Shown: positions 40,079-47,848 of the stretch, piece by piece
How positions within the stretch are numbered: position 1 is the stretch's first letter
Layout: every line of letters begins with the position of its first letter
Translations under genes and position numbers: made by a program
Notes under the pieces: model-generated
Told to the model about the DNA's origin: nothing
The model's database searches: none
What the model saw: the letters and a program-made list of their open reading frames with translations, nothing else
DNA from: a virus
Length of the DNA stretch: 64,000 bases
IMG/VR virus record: IMGVR_UViG_3300032245_001466
Span: 1-64,000 of that record
Strand: one strand, 5' to 3'

Positions 40079-40255
40079 CTACTTCCAGTCTTCTGGAACT
40101 AACTGCCAATCCTTTTCGCAATCACTAGAATAAAGGTCGCAATGCCGACACCAGACGACAAAGCAGCCCTCCTCGTGTCCGTCTTTCTCGCAATCAGACC
40201 AGAGCCAATGCGCCTCGCGAAGATTGTCTGGGCAGTCGCAGCGAAGAACGCTCAT
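40079..40255 (-). CDS. Cassette gene, Cys-rich
   Basis: ATGA overlap with upstream gene. Confidence 0.55.
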   Translation of the reverse strand: MSVLRCDCPDNLREAHWLWSDCEKDGHEEGCFVVWCRHCDLYSSDCEKDWQLVPEDWK

Positions 40256-40701
40256 AGGACTTCGCAACCTTTCAGGGTGCGGCAAAGACCCAGAAACTCT
40301 CGCCACTCCTCAATAATCGCAACCCAAGCCGTAGCCTCTTCATCTGGGTCAGCCTTCGTCTTATCGTCCGTGTACGGGCTGGCAAGAAGAATACCAGTAA
40401 TAATCTTCTTGATTTCTTCTTCGCTCAACTTGGAGATGGCATTGTGTAGTTCTTCGCACTCATAGTCCTTGATGATGTTGCCGCTGTTATCGTACAGATT
40501 CTCATTGACCTCGGTGAATCCAATCTCATCGTGGAAAGCGCGCAGGTAGCCCATACCCCAAATGTTCAGTCGGAAATAGACCGCGCTTGGAGCCTTCTCA
40601 GCGTAAGAGCCGTCTGGCTCAATCCACATTGAGCGGAACTTCTTGGCGTGCGCCGCAGCCAGTTCACGATTCTCTCGCAATGAGTAGATGTCGTATCCCA
40701 T
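40252..40701 (-). CDS. Cassette gene, hypothetical (MGYDIY/YFR.N.W family)
   Basis: AGGAGG RBS. Confidence 0.75.
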   Translation of the reverse strand: MGYDIYSLRENRELAAAHAKKFRSMWIEPDGSYAEKAPSAVYFRLNIWGMGYLRAFHDEIGFTEVNENLYDNSGNIIKDYECEELHNAISKLSEEEIKKIITGILLASPYTDDKTKADPDEEATAWVAIIEEWREFLGLCRTLKGCEVL

Positions 40702-40854
40702 TTTGTCCTCCTTATTCCACACCCCAATCAGGGCAAGGTCATTGTAAGGTACCGCTCTCCGCTCGTCAATAGGTTCTAGCCAAGATGGCCGGAGCCATCT
40801 TGGGTACAACAAAAAACCGCCCGAAGGCGGTTAGTTGTTTGGAAATAATCCTGA

Positions 40855-41331
40855 CTAAACGATAACTTCCTGCGGCTCCATAAGCCCAGCCCAGATGTTT
40901 GGCACATTAGAGCGGATGCTCGTGTATCCGTCAGAGGAAATAACGAGATGGTCAAGAAACTCAATGTCCAACAGGCGCGCCCCTGCCACCAAGTCCTCAG
41001 TTAGTTTCTTGTCCTCGTCGGACGGAGTGTGGTCGCCGCTTGGGTGATTGTGAACAACCACAATGCCCTGACCGCCAGTCAGGATACAAGAGCGAAACAC
41101 TTCGTTGATGCGAACGCTTGTGCCTGTTGCCGTGCCAAGATAGACCTGCTCAATCCCGATGAGATTATTCCTTGCCCCAAGCACCATCACAAACAGCGAC
41201 TCCTGATTAGAGTCCTTTGCGAAATCGCGGAACATCTTTACTGCCTCGGCTGGCTGCTCAACCCTCTCATCGGACTGATCAGCAACCTTCTTTCTCTTTA
41301 CCACCATTTCGTATGCTTTCCAGTTCTTCAC
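40855..41331 (-). CDS. RadC-like JAB domain protein
   Basis: QE.L.V..L..RN..I, VHNHPSGD.TPS.ED..LT, LDHLVI. Confidence 0.9.
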   Translation of the reverse strand: MKNWKAYEMVVKRKKVADQSDERVEQPAEAVKMFRDFAKDSNQESLFVMVLGARNNLIGIEQVYLGTATGTSVRINEVFRSCILTGGQGIVVVHNHPSGDHTPSDEDKKLTEDLVAGARLLDIEFLDHLVISSDGYTSIRSNVPNIWAGLMEPQEVIV

Positions 41332-41876
41332 GCTACCACCACCTTTGCTGCTTCCTCTTTGGTTGTCTTGCCGCTGCGAATCTCATCTCGCAACTCAATC
41401 CCTTCCTTCATCCAGATTGCGTCAAGTTCGGCGTTGCGCTTCTCAGCGTGCTTTGCCTCGCGCAAACCTTCCTCAGTCATACGCTCAACAACGCGCTTGC
41501 GCCAAGCCGTCGGCGACTCATAAGAGGCGTTTGTTGAGAGTCCGATGTGCCGAACGATGTCGGCACGCGTCAGAGGGCGAGCCTCAAAGCAATCTGCGTT
41601 CTTATCGCCGTCTGGCTCGTTTCCGTTCCATACGGTCATCTTTGAGAGCCAACCGATTTCGTATGCGAGCGCGAGTCGCTGCTCCCACTCATCCACATTG
41701 GCTTCGGTGATTTCGTTTAGTCCAATCGTCATCGTCGCCCAGATGAAGGAGTTCGTGATTGGGCTGAGGTACTCCTCGCCGCGCACGCGTCCATCCATCA
41801 CGCTGCTCTTTGTTGCGGTGAGCCAACAGACATCATCCGCGTCCTTGATGTTTCCCACGAACCAACTTAGTGGCAT
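41328..41876 (-). CDS. Cassette gene, hypothetical
   Basis: AGGAGG RBS. Confidence 0.75.
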   Translation of the reverse strand: MPLSWFVGNIKDADDVCWLTATKSSVMDGRVRGEEYLSPITNSFIWATMTIGLNEITEANVDEWEQRLALAYEIGWLSKMTVWNGNEPDGDKNADCFEARPLTRADIVRHIGLSTNASYESPTAWRKRVVERMTEEGLREAKHAEKRNAELDAIWMKEGIELRDEIRSGKTTKEEAAKVVVA

Positions 41877-42004
41877 ACTGCCTCCTTATGTCCTCTTATC
41901 GGGAAGCCCCGACCTGCTTATTCTAAGACCACGCTTGACCCGCTGTCAAATGGGTTCTAGTCCAATGAGCCGGAGCTCATTGGAGGCGAACTATTATCTG
42001 CTTA

Positions 42005-42475
42005 TTACTTGATTTGGTTTGTCGTATAACCGCACGCCATACAAACTGGGACGGAGCAGCCTTCGGGATTGTCGCCCGTATCTACGCCCTCATCTGGGTC
42101 GCACAATCCACACGGCGCATAATCGACATCACGGCAGAGGCACTCGCTTTTCGCATCTCGCGGCAAGTCGTTGTAGTGCCTGTGCCAGTTTGCGTCGCCG
42201 TCGCGATTCAGCGCAAACTCGCAATCAGGGCGGAAGCACCAACCATCAGCAACGGCTTCCTTGTCCGACATAAATGGCGGGTGAAACTCACACTCGCACG
42301 GAGCGCAGTCCAAGCAGTAGACGAGATAGCCATCTGGCACGCTTCCATCATACTGATCAAAGTCAAGCGTATCGAATCGCGTGTACGGCATACCATTCCA
42401 AGTGCCGATGACCTTCTCGTCGGCGTAGAAGACCATCGTGGAGCAGCGAACGCATTTGTCCATCTGCCCACTCAT
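42005..42475 (-). CDS. Cassette gene, Cys-rich
   Basis: GGAGG RBS; ATGA overlap. Confidence 0.7.
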   Translation of the reverse strand: MSGQMDKCVRCSTMVFYADEKVIGTWNGMPYTRFDTLDFDQYDGSVPDGYLVYCLDCAPCECEFHPPFMSDKEAVADGWCFRPDCEFALNRDGDANWHRHYNDLPRDAKSECLCRDVDYAPCGLCDPDEGVDTGDNPEGCSVPVCMACGYTTNQIK

Positions 42476-42780
42476 TCTGCTTCCTCCCACTCCGCGCCCT
42501 GCTCAATCAGGGAAACGAATCCTTCATTTGGATCATCGTGGTTGGTGTGAACTGCCTGTACGAATCGCAACGAACAAGAGTTCTCGTACCACTCCATCAC
42601 CGCGCTCAGCATCTCATCTGGCGTGGTGTCTTCCGCGGAGATCAGCGGATCATAGCCGTACCCGCGCATCTCCGACATCTGCTCATCGTCCATCAAGACA
42701 TAGATCTTGTGGCAGGTATCAAACGCGATGCCCTTCGCATTTTCTAGATACTCCTCAACCTTGTCGAAACTCGCTGCCAT
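42472..42780 (-). CDS. Cassette gene, hypothetical (FDTCHKIY family)
   Basis: AGGAGG RBS. Confidence 0.75.
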   Translation of the reverse strand: MAASFDKVEEYLENAKGIAFDTCHKIYVLMDDEQMSEMRGYGYDPLISAEDTTPDEMLSAVMEWYENSCSLRFVQAVHTNHDDPNEGFVSLIEQGAEWEEAE

Positions 42781-42940
42781 TTCGTCCTCCTAGTTTCTAC
42801 ACGGCAACTGCCGTAGGTGGATTGTAAGGCACAACCTAGCGGCTCGTCAAATGTTCTACTCCAAGTGGCCGGAGCCACTTGGAGTAAAACAAAAATCCCG
42901 CCCCGAAGGGCGGGATTTCTGGTTGATCTTCTGGTGAAGA

Positions 42941-43903
42941 TTACGCGAGGGCGAGAATCGCCTCGCGCTTTGTCTTCGCTGCGAAGCCCGTATCCAACAT
43001 CACGCTTGACGCTCGCGCATCAAGAGCCGTTGAGCGAACGCCGCCACGATACGAAACGCCGTGATCGAGGTACTCCGCGATGGCGTTGTACACGCCCCAC
43101 TTCGTATCGCGAAGCCCGTCAAGATTCTCCGCGTTATTGAGAATCGCGAAAGTTGCCTTAGCGCGCTCCGACATTACTTCCTTATCGCGCTTCTCCGATT
43201 CAGAGAGCGGGAAGATCTTTGAGATGATGCGGAACGCCTCAGATCGCTCAATCTTCTGGGCAACCATCTGCGAGCCGATGCGCGAGAACTCATCAACAGC
43301 GGCAGAGGCAAGCCCAAGAGCGCGCTTCGCCTCCGCGACTTTCTCCTCAATCTTCGCCGTGTGGCGAAGTGTGAACGACATCTTCGCGCTTCCAAGAGCC
43401 GCGTTGAGCGTATTCTGGCATACCACGCGCACAGGAGTGATCATCGCTTTGAGCGGGAACAGCCCGTTGTGCCCATTGGCGATGACGAGGTAAGTCGTCG
43501 TGCCGCCGTTGTCGCCCTTGATCTCGATCTTCTCAGGAATCTCCAACGCCGCGAAGATCACCTGACCGCCTTTGAGTGAACCAGCCGTTTCGTAGCGCGC
43601 ACCCTCATCAAGCAGCGCGTCCGCGAACGACAGCATCTCATCGTTCTGGATTGGCGTGTAGCGGTCGCCGACAACGCCAAGAACCGCGCCGTCAGTTGAT
43701 CGAACATTTGCGCGCTTGCCCTCGATGGCGAGCGTCTTGTTGTCGAGCGTTGTGAAGATCGGCTGCTGCTTGACCTGCCAATCAAGACCCGCGGCAACGA
43801 TCATTTCCGCGCTCGTAGTAAGACCTGCGTTTGCTACGCCAAGTCCGTGCCACGGCATACCGCGCTCCGCGTTGTATGCCATCGTTTCTACCTCGTGTGC
43901 CAT
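42941..43903 (-). CDS. DUF932 / phage-plasmid TIGR03299-like protein
   Basis: PWHGLG, AGLDW.V, LGVVG..Y..IQN, ETAGSL.GG, TPVRVVCQNTL, RHT, T.WG.YNA. Confidence 0.9.
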   Translation of the reverse strand: MAHEVETMAYNAERGMPWHGLGVANAGLTTSAEMIVAAGLDWQVKQQPIFTTLDNKTLAIEGKRANVRSTDGAVLGVVGDRYTPIQNDEMLSFADALLDEGARYETAGSLKGGQVIFAALEIPEKIEIKGDNGGTTTYLVIANGHNGLFPLKAMITPVRVVCQNTLNAALGSAKMSFTLRHTAKIEEKVAEAKRALGLASAAVDEFSRIGSQMVAQKIERSEAFRIISKIFPLSESEKRDKEVMSERAKATFAILNNAENLDGLRDTKWGVYNAIAEYLDHGVSYRGGVRSTALDARASSVMLDTGFAAKTKREAILALA

Positions 43904-44088
43904 TGTGTCCTCCTTCTTTACATACGGCAACTGCCGTAAGAAGATTCTCCCACAAGCACAAGATCGCGTCAAGTTCTAGCCCAAAGGGCCGGAGCCCTTT
44001 GGGTGGAACATAATAATAAGCCCCCCGAATAATCGAGGGGCTTATTACTTTGTGGGGCGCAGGGAGGACGCCTTGCGCCCCGAAGTCA

Positions 44089-44901
44089 TCAGCCTCCGAC
44101 GATGCCGCCGAAATGCTCCTCGCAGAACGACTCAAACTCCGTCTGCGGAACGGCATCATAATCTCGCTCGCCGTATTGCGGCTTGCCATCTTCGCCCTTG
44201 TACCACGCCTCATCTGGCAGCGAGTCGCCATCGCCAAACTCACGCCGCGAGATTTCGTTTCCCGCGTGATAGACAACTTCGCCAGCGTAGCCCATACCGC
44301 CTTCGCAATAACGATGAGTAATGGTCAGCGTTGGGAATAACCCAGAGAGCGCGTGAATCACAGGCTCGGCAGGGCTCCACGCGGTATCAAAGTTGTATGA
44401 AGTTATACCCGCGACAAATGAGTCGTCGCGGTCGTGCCAAGCCTCGGAGCAGTTCCACTTTGTTCCCCAATGCTCAACATTCCAGTTGTACCACCAGTCT
44501 GGGTGTGAGGAAATCTTTGGGGTGTTGTGCTTTGGGCAGACCTCTGAGCCGCCGAACATCTGAGCAACAGAGTCAGTAATCGTGCCGTTATCAAGGTTCG
44601 TCTTCTTTACCTCAACGCCGTCCACAGCCCAATAGCCTTCTTGAGGCTCAAAGCCGTAGTCCTTCTCGTACTCGTGTCCTTCGGCTCCCTTGACCACCGC
44701 CTTGGTGATAACGAACTCTGGGTGGCAGCCACAAAGGAAATCGTTCTGATTCTCGTTGGCTGAATAGTACGGAACATCAGGAGTCGGAACAATCTTCGCG
44801 AAATCGAAGCCGTCCTCTTCGCCCTTGACCAACTCAATGAGTCGGACAATCTCCTGCTCGTTTCCGCTGATGTCTACTTGGTTTACGCACCAGTTTGGCA
44901 T
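44089..44901 (-). CDS. DUF1281/YubB(Api92)-like protein
   Basis: MPNWC.N, FDF..I.P.P, WY.W....WGTKW, FDTAWSP. Confidence 0.85.
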   Translation of the reverse strand: MPNWCVNQVDISGNEQEIVRLIELVKGEEDGFDFAKIVPTPDVPYYSANENQNDFLCGCHPEFVITKAVVKGAEGHEYEKDYGFEPQEGYWAVDGVEVKKTNLDNGTITDSVAQMFGGSEVCPKHNTPKISSHPDWWYNWNVEHWGTKWNCSEAWHDRDDSFVAGITSYNFDTAWSPAEPVIHALSGLFPTLTITHRYCEGGMGYAGEVVYHAGNEISRREFGDGDSLPDEAWYKGEDGKPQYGERDYDAVPQTEFESFCEEHFGGIVGG

Positions 44902-45022
44902 TGTGTCCTCCTTGTGTCCTCGCGGGAAGCCCCGCACCATTGGATTGTAAGCCACCGCTTCCGCTGCTGTCAAGTTCTACCTCAACAAGCCGGAGCTTGT
45001 TGAGCGCGAACTAATTATTTTT

Positions 45023-45355
45023 TTATTTATCGAAAGAGAGTGCACTAACTCCGTCAGGCGTCATGACCACATGTCCACCTTCGACGAAGATGCGTCCGCC
45101 ATCGTTAGCCTCATCATCAGATGAAATAATCAGGGAATAACGCTTGCCGTTCTGCTTGACGAATAACACGGGCATGTATGGCTCTTCCTCGCCATCGCCA
45201 ATAACTGTCCCACCAATAATCGTCGCCCCAATAAATGGCTCGACCATCTCTGTCCGAAGGTAGTGGCGCTCAATGGCATCGCGGCTCAAGCCAGTCCGCT
45301 CTTTCACTAACTGATTCCTATTGCTCAATAACTGCGCAATCGTTTCGACAGCCAT
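45023..45355 (-). CDS. Cassette gene, hypothetical
   Basis: AGGAGG RBS; SSDDEANDGG. Confidence 0.7.
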   Translation of the reverse strand: MAVETIAQLLSNRNQLVKERTGLSRDAIERHYLRTEMVEPFIGATIIGGTVIGDGEEEPYMPVLFVKQNGKRYSLIISSDDEANDGGRIFVEGGHVVMTPDGVSALSFDK

Positions 45356-45508
45356 AACTTCCTCCTTACACCTATAGGCTAACTGCCTAACCGCATTATA
45401 AGTCAGCCAATAACCGTCTGTCAAATAATAAGGTTCGGGCCTCGCTTGCGAGCTCGGGACTGCCCCAAATAATAAGTCTTGTCAACTCCCCCCACCCCCA
45501 CCCCAAAC

Positions 45509-45538
45509 TTGACTCCCCGCTATCCCCTGCCTTACAAT
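45509..45538 (+). promoter_or_regulatory. Divergent sigma70 promoter
   Basis: TTGACT-N18-TACAAT before the 45561 operon. Confidence 0.65.
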
Positions 45539-45560
45539 GCCCCCATAGGAAAGGAGTCGC

Positions 45561-45776
45561 ATGGAAATCATCACGATCATTCTCTTCTCGCCGATCCTGT
45601 TGGTTGCGTATCTCTGGCAGGTCGCAGAGGCAGACTGGTGGCAGCGGCTACATCTGGTCATGCTGCCAGTCATCTTCTTCGTAGCGGCGGGTAAGGCGTA
45701 TCTGGGAGTTCTTGGCGGTATCGGAGCGATTGTCGTTTCCACGCCATTTCTGATTTGGGCACTAAGGAGGATTTGA
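45561..45776 (+). CDS. Small membrane protein
   Basis: Hydrophobic; AAGGAG RBS. Confidence 0.65.
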   Translation: MEIITIILFSPILLVAYLWQVAEADWWQRLHLVMLPVIFFVAAGKAYLGVLGGIGAIVVSTPFLIWALRRI

Positions 45777-46018
45777 TGAAGCGTTTCAGAGTGTACATTA
45801 AGAAGATCGATGACTTCTCAGTCGATCTCTCTTACGATGGAGAGGACTTGGCTGGCTTAGAGGGTAATCAGTTGCTTGCCGCGGTTGCGGACGATGCAGC
45901 CGAGCAGGGGCTTGGCAACTGGGATTTCCTTGAAGGCAACACTATCGCGGTGACGGTAGCCGAAATCAATGAGGACGGCACCGAAGGTAACTCCTTGCAG
46001 ATCAATAAGGAGGTCTAA
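45776..46018 (+). CDS. Acidic hypothetical protein
   Basis: AGGAGG RBS; TGATG coupling. Confidence 0.7.
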   Translation: MKRFRVYIKKIDDFSVDLSYDGEDLAGLEGNQLLAAVADDAAEQGLGNWDFLEGNTIAVTVAEINEDGTEGNSLQINKEV

Positions 46019-46019
46019 G

Positions 46020-46409
46020 ATGTGGCACATCATTCACGACGAGAGCATCACGGCAAACGAGAATCTGTCGATCTGGGCGAAGGATGGCAAGGGTGATCGA
46101 GAGGTTCTCTTCGAGAAGAGCAATCAAGGTCTTGAGGTTGTCTACTATCACACAGCCTTCGACGGGATCAATGAGAAGTTCCCCGCAGCGCGGATCTGCT
46201 ACGGCTGGGATGTGATCCAGATGGAGAGCGAGGAGAAGGACGCGTTCCTTGAGCGCGTTGTTGACAACCAAGACATCCATCGGGTACTCTCTTGTGAGCA
46301 TGACTTCACCTGCGAGGAGATCTTCCACGCAGCAGCGGTCATGCTGAGCAATGAAGAGTGCGACGGCTGTGAGCCATGCGCCCGCTATGGGTACAAGGAG
46401 GAAGAATGA
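46020..46409 (+). CDS. Acidic hypothetical protein
   Basis: AGGAGG RBS. Confidence 0.7.
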   Translation: MWHIIHDESITANENLSIWAKDGKGDREVLFEKSNQGLEVVYYHTAFDGINEKFPAARICYGWDVIQMESEEKDAFLERVVDNQDIHRVLSCEHDFTCEEIFHAAAVMLSNEECDGCEPCARYGYKEEE

Positions 46410-46600
46410 AGTACACGGTGAAAGTACAGTATCCGCTCTATCTCGACATCGAGATCGAAGCAGACGACGTGCCAGAGGCGCGGGCAGAGGCGATGAAGAT
46501 CGCTGAGGCTACGCCCATTGGCGAGTGGGACGCGTATGCGCTCCCTGAGGTCTTTGAAACTGAGTGGACAGACGAGAGCGGTATCCACACCATCATTTAG
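46406..46600 (+). CDS. Small acidic protein
   Basis: AGGAGG RBS; KY.V.V....IEIEADD..EA..A pattern. Confidence 0.7.
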   Translation: MKYTVKVQYPLYLDIEIEADDVPEARAEAMKIAEATPIGEWDAYALPEVFETEWTDESGIHTII

Positions 46601-46608
46601 GAGGAATA

Positions 46609-46929
46609 ATGTTAGTTCATAAATCGTGTGATCTTCAGGACGTAGACGGTAGGGACGCGGTTGCTCGCGTTCGCCGCGGGGTCTACTTCCTTGGCAATAC
46701 GCCTGTATCGTTTGAGTTGTTCAGCACCACATCGGCAGAGGGCGGCATTCAGATTGCCGTTGCCAATGATTACGCAATCGGAGAGGGCGGCGGGTACATC
46801 GACTCGATCGAGTGCTACGACTGCGGCAAGACGGTTGAGTCGTTCCCAGAGATCGAGATGTACAAGTTGGAGCGGATTCTTGACGCGTCCCCAGAAGACT
46901 ACGACTTGGTTGAATACCATGCCGAGTGA
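46609..46929 (+). CDS. Hypothetical protein
   Basis: AGGAGG RBS. Confidence 0.65.
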   Translation: MLVHKSCDLQDVDGRDAVARVRRGVYFLGNTPVSFELFSTTSAEGGIQIAVANDYAIGEGGGYIDSIECYDCGKTVESFPEIEMYKLERILDASPEDYDLVEYHAE

Positions 46930-47140
46930 ACACCGAGGACACGAGATCGAGGTTGGGGTCTACGGCCCTAATCTTGTCAAGAATGATCAGTTGTTATTCG
47001 ATATGAGCGACATACACAACTTATCACTGGAATGCCTTGACTGTTCCGCGGTCATCGTGGATTATGACATCGACGCAGAGATGACTGTGGCGAAGGCCCG
47101 CAATCTGATCTCTGACGCAATCAAGGAGGTACTCGCATGA
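46919..47140 (+). CDS. Hypothetical CxxC protein
   Basis: H.GH.IEV..YG...LEC.DC. Confidence 0.6.
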   Translation: MPSEHRGHEIEVGVYGPNLVKNDQLLFDMSDIHNLSLECLDCSAVIVDYDIDAEMTVAKARNLISDAIKEVLA

Positions 47141-47213
47141 TCGAAACTGTCCTACCCCAAAGTTCAATTGTTTTCTTGATCGCAGTCTGGCTCTTTGCTT
47201 GGGTAACTGCTCG

Positions 47214-47387
47214 ATGATCGTGGAGGAGGCGACGGAACGGTTCCTCTGCTACGACTGCGAGGACTACCATCACGGCAAGCCATACTTCACCATGATCGCC
47301 GCGACAAAGCGCGACCCAGGCGCGTTCCTCTGTAAGGAGTGCTTCGCGGGACTAGAGAAGCGGGGGTACGTTCCCGATTCTGAATAA
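47214..47387 (+). CDS. Small zinc-finger protein
   Basis: CYDC..CKEC. Confidence 0.55.
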   Translation: MIVEEATERFLCYDCEDYHHGKPYFTMIAATKRDPGAFLCKECFAGLEKRGYVPDSE

Positions 47388-47497
47388 TAATAGCCCCGAT
47401 TAGGGGGCTAGGAGCCCTGGAAACGATAGACCCCCTCCTGGGACACCAGGTTGGGGGTTTTCGTTGCTCTCCGTGGCGCAAATCTGGGTGTGCGGTT

Positions 47498-47583
47498 GTT
47501 CTAACTCGGGACTCTGTCCCCTGGTTCTATCCCGCCAGCCCGGACAATAACTTTTGTTCGATCCCGCCAGCCCAGAAAATAAC
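47498..47583 (+). repeat. Three hairpin-less GTTC(G/T)A core motifs, two forming a 28-bp direct repeat
   Basis: GTTCTATCCCGCCAGCCCGGACAATAAC (47524) and GTTCGATCCCGCCAGCCCAGAAAATAAC (47556); third core at 47498. Confidence 0.8.
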
Positions 47584-47754
47584 CTAGCCGCGCCGTGCCC
47601 AGCCCTCTCCGCGGTATACAACCTGGATACTATTTATGCAGCGCACTAACTCACCCCCACAGTCTTCGTGGACAAGGTCCGGCACTTCGTCTGCCTTATG
47701 GAGGAGCTCAATAACTGCCTCGCACTTCTGGCACTGGTAGTCGTAGGTGGGCAT
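47584..47754 (-). CDS. FmdB-family zinc-ribbon protein (56 aa, not in ORF track)
   Basis: MPTYDYQCQKC..CGG..R.I...V.Y.G.GW; AGGAGG RBS. Confidence 0.8.
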   Translation of the reverse strand: MPTYDYQCQKCEAVIELLHKADEVPDLVHEDCGGELVRCINSIQVVYRGEGWARRG

Positions 47755-47772
47755 ATGGGCCTCCTGAATAAC

Positions 47773-47848
47773 TGGTGGGGGCGCCTGGATTTGAACCAGG
47801 GGCCGTCCGGATATAAGCCGGATGCTCTAACCGCTGAGCTACGCCCCC
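47773..47848 (-). tRNA. tRNA-Ile(UAU)
   Basis: Full cloverleaf GGGGGCG..CGCCCCC-A-CCA; anticodon loop CT-TAT-AT; T-loop TTCAAAT. Confidence 0.92.

Larger units (their letters stand above)
35356..45010 (+). repeat. Type-B intergenic hairpin elements, 14 full copies plus 1 variant
   Basis: GTTCTA-N-[10-bp stem ending GC]-4-nt loop-[complement]-A-rich tail. Stems start at 35363 (variant), 35855, 36414, 36986, 37453, 37917, 38372, 38729, 39429, 40039, 40780, 41961, 42860, 43980, 44981. Confidence 0.95.
35816..45424 (-). promoter_or_regulatory. Fifteen near-consensus sigma70 promoters heading minus-strand cassettes
   Basis: TTGAC(A/G)-N17/18-(TATAAT/TACAAT/TAGAAT/TAAGAT etc.); -35 boxes at 35840, 36398, 36969, 37438, 37904, 38354, 38659, 39416, 40022, 40764, 41944, 42845, 43967, 44968, 45419. 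Confidence 0.85.

Noticed and set aside
29150-45010. CRISPR array interpretation of the periodic repeats
   Set aside because: Intervening DNA is 300-1200 bp and encodes RBS-led ORFs; repeats are degenerate; no cas operon
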